Positions 57,936-64,000 of a stretch of 64,000 nt of DNA are shown piece by piece. The stretch's first letter is position 1. The number at the start of each line of letters is the position of its first letter. The DNA is from Candidatus Bathyarchaeota archaeon. GTDB taxonomy: Archaea; Thermoproteota; Bathyarchaeia; Bathyarchaeales; Bathycorpusculaceae. The position numbers and the translations under genes are program-made. The notes beneath the pieces were generated by a model, which searched no databases, was not told the DNA's origin, and saw nothing but the letters and a program-made list of their open reading frames with translations. The DNA is taken from NCBI GenBank assembly GCA_963827165.1, contig CAWGZR010000010.1, positions 64,001 through 128,000 on the forward strand, given 5' to 3'.

Positions 57936-58481
57936 GTGGATCCAAACATACTAAGTATAACTAATGACCAACCAATTTCTCAGACAAAACGGGTAGCGTT
58001 AACAGGAGTTATGGCGGCTTTAATCGCGGTGACCACCATAGTTGCCATACCTTTGCCGCCGCCGCTTTCAACAATCAATTTGGCACCGGTAATAATATTC
58101 ACGGTTTGCATACTTCTCGGACCATGGGTAGGATTAACCTGTACAGTGATCGGGTGCGGCATCGGATACTTGGCGGGAACGAGCCTGGGAACAATAATTG
58201 TTCCACCCGGTTTTCTCTATATTTACTTGGTTGGGTTGGTGGCTGCACGCGGTCCCATGGCGTTAGCTGTCGGTGGCCTACGAAAGAAGAGCGAAGTTGC
58301 AGGCATGGTTCTGGGCGTTGTTATTGAAACGGCGGTTTTCTTTTCTATTGATTTCGTGCTGTTCGGAATAGGCTTCGCTGTCTTTGATTTGGGAACGTTT
58401 GTTGACTTAGTGTTCGTACCCATCACCGTGGCGGTGCTTATTGCGGTTAGAAGGATTTTAGACACAAAGTACCTAAATTAG
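57936..58481 (+). CDS. ECF S-component, probably for thiamine or a precursor
   Basis: VALTGVMAALIAV..IPLP...INLAP...LLGPWVG; GTG 57936 follows GGAGG in the riboswitch. Confidence 0.8.
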   Translation: MDPNILSITNDQPISQTKRVALTGVMAALIAVTTIVAIPLPPPLSTINLAPVIIFTVCILLGPWVGLTCTVIGCGIGYLAGTSLGTIIVPPGFLYIYLVGLVAARGPMALAVGGLRKKSEVAGMVLGVVIETAVFFSIDFVLFGIGFAVFDLGTFVDLVFVPITVAVLIAVRRILDTKYLN

Positions 58482-58491
58482 ATGACGAGAA

Positions 58492-59172
58492 ATGGGCAGT
58501 CATACACGTTTTGAGAAGGAACGAACCGCAAAAGACTACGAAGCGTACTACGAAACCAAATACAAAAAAGCAGACGTGCTTGAGAAGAAACTGATAACCC
58601 AGCTTTTTGCGCAATTTCCCAACGCAAAAAATGTTTTAGAAGTAGGCTGCGGAACTGGACACTTCACAGGATGGCTGAAATCTTCCATAGCCCTAGAAGC
58701 TGTCGGAGTTGACACCTCGTGGGCTATGCTAAGAGAGGCCAAAAGCTTTTTGCCCCAAATAGCCTTAGCTCAGGGGGAAGGTAGCCGTTTGCCTTTCAAA
58801 GACAAATCGGTGGATGTTGTGTTTTTTATGACTAGCCTGGAGTTTATTTCAGATGCTGTTGGAGCGCTCAAGGAAGCTGCAAGAGTGGCGAGAGTTGGAA
58901 TAAATCTGGGTCTCATGAACAAAAATAGCCTTAGCACCCTGAAAAAAAGACTAAAAGCTGCAACATTAAACGACTCATTCTACAAGCAGGCAAGGTTTTA
59001 TTCCCTTTCAGACATAAAAACAATAATGGAAAAAATTCTTCCCGAAGAGCACGAAATTGTTTTTTGCAGTACGACTGTTTTTTCCAAGCCATTCAGCAGC
59101 AAAGAGTCATCGGTTTTCCCTTTTGGGGGGCTTCTTGGAATAGCAGTTAGATTGGAGGGGTTTGATGAGTAA
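58492..59172 (+). CDS. Class I SAM-dependent methyltransferase
   Basis: VLEVGCGTG, GVDTSWAML, LPFKDKSVD, ALKEAARV. Confidence 0.9.
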   Translation: MGSHTRFEKERTAKDYEAYYETKYKKADVLEKKLITQLFAQFPNAKNVLEVGCGTGHFTGWLKSSIALEAVGVDTSWAMLREAKSFLPQIALAQGEGSRLPFKDKSVDVVFFMTSLEFISDAVGALKEAARVARVGINLGLMNKNSLSTLKKRLKAATLNDSFYKQARFYSLSDIKTIMEKILPEEHEIVFCSTTVFSKPFSSKESSVFPFGGLLGIAVRLEGFDE

Positions 59173-60217
59173 AACTGGAAAGTTTTCTTATGACTTAATT
59201 GAAAGGCTCGTTTACCCTAAACTTGGTGCAGACCGAGCTGAGGTGCTTGTAGGTCCAGGCGCGGGGCATGATAACGCAGTCGTCAAGTTGAAAGGTGGTC
59301 AAGTTCTAGTGGCAACCGCGGACCCCCTCTCAGTTATACCCGCTTTGGGAGTAAAGAACTCAGCGTATATCTCGTTTCATTTACTTGCTTCAGACTTAGC
59401 GACCTGTGGTTTTTCTCCCGAATTTTTTATGGTTAATCTTAATTTGCCTCCTGAAATGAGCGATGAAGATTTCGATACGTATTGGAGCACCATAGATGAA
59501 GAATGTAGAAAGCTCAACGTCGCGATTGTCGGTGGGCACACGGGCAGATACCCTGGATCAGGATACACCGTTGTCGGCGGCGGAGTCATGATGACAATTG
59601 CGCCGGAAAACCAGTACTTAGCGACAACGATGGCCAAACCCGGTGACCTTATAATGATGACCAAAGGAGTTGCGATAGCAACAACCGGGATACTTTCAAG
59701 GGTCTTTTCCGAAACAGTTGAGAAAAATTACGGATCCTCTTTTCTGAAGAAGGCTAAGCACTACCTTTATGATTTTAGCGTGGTTGAAGACGCGTTGATT
59801 GCGGCGTCCATAGGCTTGAGGGACGAAGGGGTTACCTCGATGCATGATGTTACTGAAGGAGGGTTGCTAGGAGCATTATACGAGCTTTCCGAAGCGTCAA
59901 ACACGGGTTTAGAAGTTGATCTTTCCAAAGTGATTATCACTGATGAAGCCGCCAAAATTTGTGAACTTTTCAAGATATCCCCTTACCACACCTTAAGTGA
60001 GGGAACCCTAATCTTGACAGTCAAACCCGAAATGGCTTCAGCTGTTCAGCAAGTCCTAGATTTGAAAGGAATAAAAAACGCGGTGATAGGAAAAATTGTC
60101 GATGCAAAAAATGGCAAGTGGACCAAAAACGCAGACAGAAGCGAGATTCTGGGCAAACCTGAGGCTGACCCGTATTGGGAAGCTTATTCTATGGCAATTA
60201 GAGAGGGGTGGAAATGA
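59162..60217 (+). CDS. AIR synthase (PurM/HypE/ThiL) family protein
   Basis: VGPGAGHDNAV, TADP, SDLA, VGGHT, SMHDVTEGG. Confidence 0.88.
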   Translation: MMSKTGKFSYDLIERLVYPKLGADRAEVLVGPGAGHDNAVVKLKGGQVLVATADPLSVIPALGVKNSAYISFHLLASDLATCGFSPEFFMVNLNLPPEMSDEDFDTYWSTIDEECRKLNVAIVGGHTGRYPGSGYTVVGGGVMMTIAPENQYLATTMAKPGDLIMMTKGVAIATTGILSRVFSETVEKNYGSSFLKKAKHYLYDFSVVEDALIAASIGLRDEGVTSMHDVTEGGLLGALYELSEASNTGLEVDLSKVIITDEAAKICELFKISPYHTLSEGTLILTVKPEMASAVQQVLDLKGIKNAVIGKIVDAKNGKWTKNADRSEILGKPEADPYWEAYSMAIREGWK

Positions 60218-60855
60218 AAGGTTACCCTAAGCTTGGGGGTTTGTATCTTGTCGTTTCACCGATTTTGCCTGACGAGCAACTGCTTTTTGCAACGGAGATG
60301 GCTCTTGATGGAGATGTAGATCTTCTTCAGCTTTCAGCAGGCAAAGAAACGCCGGGTCTGCACGTTTTGGGAACCAAGCTTGTAGACATGGCGAGGGAGC
60401 ATGGGATCCCATTTCTAGTTAACAACAGCTTGGAGTTGGCTAAAGAGGTTAGCGCTGATGGGGTGCACTTAGATGCTTTTGATGTAACCCCAACAGAAGC
60501 CAGACGCCTTCTCGACAGTGAAGCCATAGTAGGTTATACAGTGAACGTTGATTTGGAAAAAATCAAATGGGCAGAAGATGCAGGTGCAGATTACGTTTCG
60601 TTTTGTTCAATTTTTCATCAATGCCCTGGCAATCAATGCCCAATAGTGCCTTTAGATACCGTTAAAAACGCGGCATCCGCTACAAACCTTCCGATTTTTG
60701 CAGCCGGAGGAATAAATTTAGAAAACATTCTGTTGGTTCTGGAAGCAGGAGTGGAAGGAGTCGCAGTCACCTCAGCCATTCTTAAGTCAAAGGATCCGCG
60801 GAAAACCGCGAGAGAATTTAAACAAATGATTAGCAAATATGGGAAGAAAAGGTAG
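60208..60855 (+). CDS. thiE: Thiamine-phosphate synthase (ThiE/TenI) family protein with altered active-site motifs
   Basis: LYLV, ADGVHL, GADYV, AAGGI..NI...GVAVTSAI; lacks QLREK, ND and TxTK motifs. Confidence 0.65.
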   Translation: MEMKGYPKLGGLYLVVSPILPDEQLLFATEMALDGDVDLLQLSAGKETPGLHVLGTKLVDMAREHGIPFLVNNSLELAKEVSADGVHLDAFDVTPTEARRLLDSEAIVGYTVNVDLEKIKWAEDAGADYVSFCSIFHQCPGNQCPIVPLDTVKNAASATNLPIFAAGGINLENILLVLEAGVEGVAVTSAILKSKDPRKTAREFKQMISKYGKKR

Positions 60856-60879
60856 CTCGAAAGACCTTTCCAAATGATC

Positions 60880-61758
60880 TTATTTTTTGAGTTCTGATAA
60901 GACAAAGTTCACGATTTCTTCGGCGATGTTAACTTTGGCAACGACTTGGAGCCCTTTCCACCCTGGCTGGCTGTTAACATCTACAATTCTCGGTCCCTGA
61001 GGTCCTTCAAGGATGTCCACTCCCGCAATTTTGCATCCCACTGCCTTGGCGGATTTAATCGCTAATTCCTCGAATTCTTTGCTGATTGTAGCGGGTGCGG
61101 GTTTGGCGCCTCGGCTATAGTTGGTTTTCCATCCTTCCGCGACACGACGCATGGATGAGACCACTCGATCACCGATCACAAAAGCGCGAATGTCTGAGTG
61201 TCCATGGGGTACGAATTCCTGCATGTAGATAACGCCGTGGTGGAAGGTGATGGCTTTGAAGATTGTGTCAGCGATGTCTACGTCGTTTACTCTTGTTGCG
61301 CCTTGTCCGCGTGAGCCGAAAATGGGTTTAACAACTATGTCGCCGCCTAACTCATCGAAGGCTTTGAGAGCTTCGTTGACGCTTTCAGTTGCTAAGGTAC
61401 GGGGTACGGGAACGCCGATGTCTTCCAAAAGCGCCAATATGTCATATTTGTCTACACAGTGCTCAATAGCTGTGGGCGGGTTCACCATGTAGAAGCCTTG
61501 GCGTTCAAGCTTGTAGAGCATGTCCATTCGGAAAACCAATTCCTCAAGAGAACCGCGTCCAATTGGGCGGATGATGAGGGCGTCCAAGTCGTCCAGTAGG
61601 CTGATGTCGTTGACTTTGAAGCAGGGTTTGTAGGCGAGTCTTGCGACGAGTCGTGGAAAAGTGAAGCATTCGTATGGGATGCTCCTTTTGGTTAATGCTT
61701 CCCGGACTTGGGTGCTGCTCCATGCTTCGGGGTTACGGGTCATTATTCCAAATCTCAA
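60880..61758 (-). CDS. RimK-family ATP-grasp ligase, probably tetrahydromethanopterin:alpha-L-glutamate ligase type
   Basis: RPIGRGSLEELVFRMD, VVKPIFGSRGQG, WKTNYSRG, DVNSQPGWKGLQ. Confidence 0.82.
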   Translation of the reverse strand: MRFGIMTRNPEAWSSTQVREALTKRSIPYECFTFPRLVARLAYKPCFKVNDISLLDDLDALIIRPIGRGSLEELVFRMDMLYKLERQGFYMVNPPTAIEHCVDKYDILALLEDIGVPVPRTLATESVNEALKAFDELGGDIVVKPIFGSRGQGATRVNDVDIADTIFKAITFHHGVIYMQEFVPHGHSDIRAFVIGDRVVSSMRRVAEGWKTNYSRGAKPAPATISKEFEELAIKSAKAVGCKIAGVDILEGPQGPRIVDVNSQPGWKGLQVVAKVNIAEEIVNFVLSELKK

Positions 61759-61855
61759 GTTGGATCTAATCCTTGCGTATCTTTCTTGAAGAGATGCTTA
61801 ATTGCCTGTGCTCTTAAATGTTCTGTGACCAAAAAAAGGAAGGCAAAGTTATTTG

Positions 61856-62350
61856 CTAAAACTTGCTTTCGAAGAAAAGACTTATTTTTTCTTTGTTCTT
61901 GCCGATTACGTCCCCTATAAATGCTCCCGAAATCAAGCAGATGATCAGGGTTGTCGTGGCGAAAAAATTGTTTCCTATAGAACTCGCGATTTGAACCCGA
62001 AGGCCAGTTGCATTTGAAAAAAGCACTATGGCTGCCCAAATGCAAAACCCGATGACGGATGCTCCGACAAAAAGAAACGTTGCCCTGCTAGAAATTTTTA
62101 GGGACGATGATGTGAATTTTAGGTAGTAGGCGAAGCCTATTATGAAAAGAACGCTTCCTAGCAAAAGCCCTATCCCTGCTGCAGCGACTTTCATCGTGTA
62201 CCCGTAAACTGACCCGAAAACAACCATCGTCACGGTCAGCATTAGCCAATAGGTTTTGCTTGATGTTATGCTTGTGGTTTTAGGCTGCACTTTGTTTTTT
62301 ATCTTTGAGTCAGTCTTTTTGGGATGGTTTTTCGGGTAAGTTTTAGGCAT
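61856..62350 (-). CDS. Four-TM hypothetical membrane protein
   Basis: Four hydrophobic segments after a basic N-terminus. Confidence 0.65.
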   Translation of the reverse strand: MPKTYPKNHPKKTDSKIKNKVQPKTTSITSSKTYWLMLTVTMVVFGSVYGYTMKVAAAGIGLLLGSVLFIIGFAYYLKFTSSSLKISSRATFLFVGASVIGFCIWAAIVLFSNATGLRVQIASSIGNNFFATTTLIICLISGAFIGDVIGKNKEKISLFFESKF

Positions 62351-62754
62351 GAAGTTAAGGTCACCATCTGAGGCTTATTAATTTTTCAATTTGGAGCTCA
62401 CTCTTTCAGGGTCAAGTGGTGTTTCAGACTTAGCCTCTTGACAGTTTGACTCGAGGCGAAATCAAAAAGTAGTCAGGCAGAGAAAATTGCAAAGGACGCT
62501 CGTCATCCGTATGGTGAGTTGTCAGTAGCCATCGTACGATTACAACGCGGCTCAAACGTTCTCACCAACAATAATCCTAACAGCAATACCGCAAACCACG
62601 GTGTTTATGGCTTTGGCGGAAACTATCCGTCCAACGGTAACTCAGGCCACGGGATGGGAGGTATAATGCGTGGCTGCGGAATGGGAATGACGAGATAAAG
62701 CGGTGATTTCCATCCTTCAAAACTTCTTTTTTAGGCTAATTCTTCTTCAAGAGG

Positions 62755-64000
62755 TTATTTAACACGTTCAAGCCGCAGAGAATTAAGCAAAAGCAGCATG
62801 GTGACTCCGTCGTCGCCAGCGATTACGGTTGCAAGCAAACCAGTTACCCCAAGCACCCCTAATGTCCCCAAAATCAGTTTTATGACGAGTGATGCTGCTA
62901 TGTTTTGTTTGGCTATGCTCATGGTTTTGCCGCTTAACGCGATGAGGTAGGGGATTTGCGCCAATTCGTCTTTTACAAGTACGATATCCGCCGATTCTAA
63001 AGCAACATCAACCCCGGCGGCGCCCATTGCGATCCCGACATCCGAGGTGGCGAGTGCAGGTGCGTCGTTGACGCCGTCGCCGACCATTGCCACAAGCCCG
63101 TCTTTGCCCTTCATCTCTTCGATGCATTTGAGTTTGTCTTCTGGGAAAAGTTCGGCGTAGACTTCGTCAATTTTGAGGGCTTCAGCGGTTTCTTTGGCGA
63201 TTTCTGCCCTGTCGCCCGTTAGCATCGCGGTTTTTATTCCTTTTTTCTTTAGGTCGCTTACGGCTTTTAATGCATCTCCCCGTACTTGATCTACGACGCA
63301 GACTGTTGCGAACCCTTCTTTTCCGACGGAAACGCAGACTGAAGTGTGTGTGTCTGCTTCATCAATTGACATGGCTTCTTCGCAGTTACAGTCGAACTGT
63401 TTCATTAGCTCCGTGTTTCCGACTGCGACGAAGTTGCCGTTTACGTTTCCGATTATGCCTTTTCCGGGGACTTCCGTTAGGTCGGTGACTTTGTATTTGC
63501 TCAGGTCGATGCCTTCGTCTCTTGCCCTTCTGACTATGGCTTGGGCGACTGGATGATTTGAGAATTGGTCAAGGGCAGCTGCGAGCGCCAGAGCCTCCTT
63601 CTCGGTTCTGTGCGTCAACCTCACCTGATGGACGGCGGGTCTGCCAAGGGTCAATGTGCCGGTTTTGTCGAACACTACCCGTTTGACTTTAGCGAGTTTC
63701 TCCACATAAACACCGCCTTTGATAAGTACGCCTCTCCGGGCTGCAATGGTTATAGCTACGAAGACGGTTGCGGGAACCGAGATGATGAAGGCACTTGGGC
63801 AGGACACCACTATGAGGATTAGGGAACGGTAGAGCCACGTATTAAAGGACGCGCCGAAAACTAATGTGGGAACAACAGCGGTTAGGGCGGCTAGAGTGAT
63901 GATTATTGGGACGTAGACTTTTGCGAATCGGTCGACGAGATGCTCAATAGAAGCCTTGTGTTTGCCTGATTCAGAAACGAGGACCATGATTCTTGAGACA
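62755..64000 (-). CDS. P1B heavy-metal-translocating ATPase, 5' part outside the window
   Basis: SCPSA, DKTGTLT, SNHP, TGD, GDGVNDAPAL. Confidence 0.95.
   Translation of the reverse strand, partial: VSRIMVLVSESGKHKASIEHLVDRFAKVYVPIIITLAALTAVVPTLVFGASFNTWLYRSLILIVVSCPSAFIISVPATVFVAITIAARRGVLIKGGVYVEKLAKVKRVVFDKTGTLTLGRPAVHQVRLTHRTEKEALALAAALDQFSNHPVAQAIVRRARDEGIDLSKYKVTDLTEVPGKGIIGNVNGNFVAVGNTELMKQFDCNCEEAMSIDEADTHTSVCVSVGKEGFATVCVVDQVRGDALKAVSDLKKKGIKTAMLTGDRAEIAKETAEALKIDEVYAELFPEDKLKCIEEMKGKDGLVAMVGDGVNDAPALATSDVGIAMGAAGVDVALESADIVLVKDELAQIPYLIALSGKTMSIAKQNIAASLVIKLILGTLGVLGVTGLLATVIAGDDGVTMLLLLNSLRLERVK

Noticed and set aside
62500-62700. Gly/Met-rich short frame ending GHGMGGIMRGCGMGMTR
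   Set aside because: Under 60 aa with no convincing start; probably a gene remnant

Overview
Archaeal chromosomal window; the gene content (Cdc6/Orc1, pantoate kinase, deoxyhypusine synthase, MptN/RimK-type ligase, several large PQQ-type beta-propeller surface proteins) suggests Bathyarchaeia (inference). Housekeeping blocks (CoA, Moco, polyamine, NAD, thiamine) are interleaved with accessory DNA. Main results: (1) a dispersed, apparently unannotated module seen six times: a conserved ~46-bp element (TGCA-N6-YCAAGCCCCAAACCAAAAAAGCAACCCAAAACACAA) abutting a 10-bp-period tandem array whose unit differs at every copy; three copies lie directly upstream of paralogous 92-aa tandem-AbrB (MraZ-like) genes; (2) a four-gene cluster with a tubulin/FtsZ-like GTPase carrying a long coiled-coil insert and an apparent ACG start, a degenerate tubulin paralog and two membrane proteins; (3) a 5.7-kb element integrated in tRNA-Arg(TCT) with 44-bp att repeats, an SSV1-type split integrase, an SF3 helicase containing inverted 9-bp iterons and a second tyrosine recombinase; (4) a TPP riboswitch ahead of an atypical thiamine operon; (5) four frameshifts at CTAG-like sites, possibly methylation-linked sequencing errors. 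All protein calls rest on motif recognition by eye; no database searches were run.
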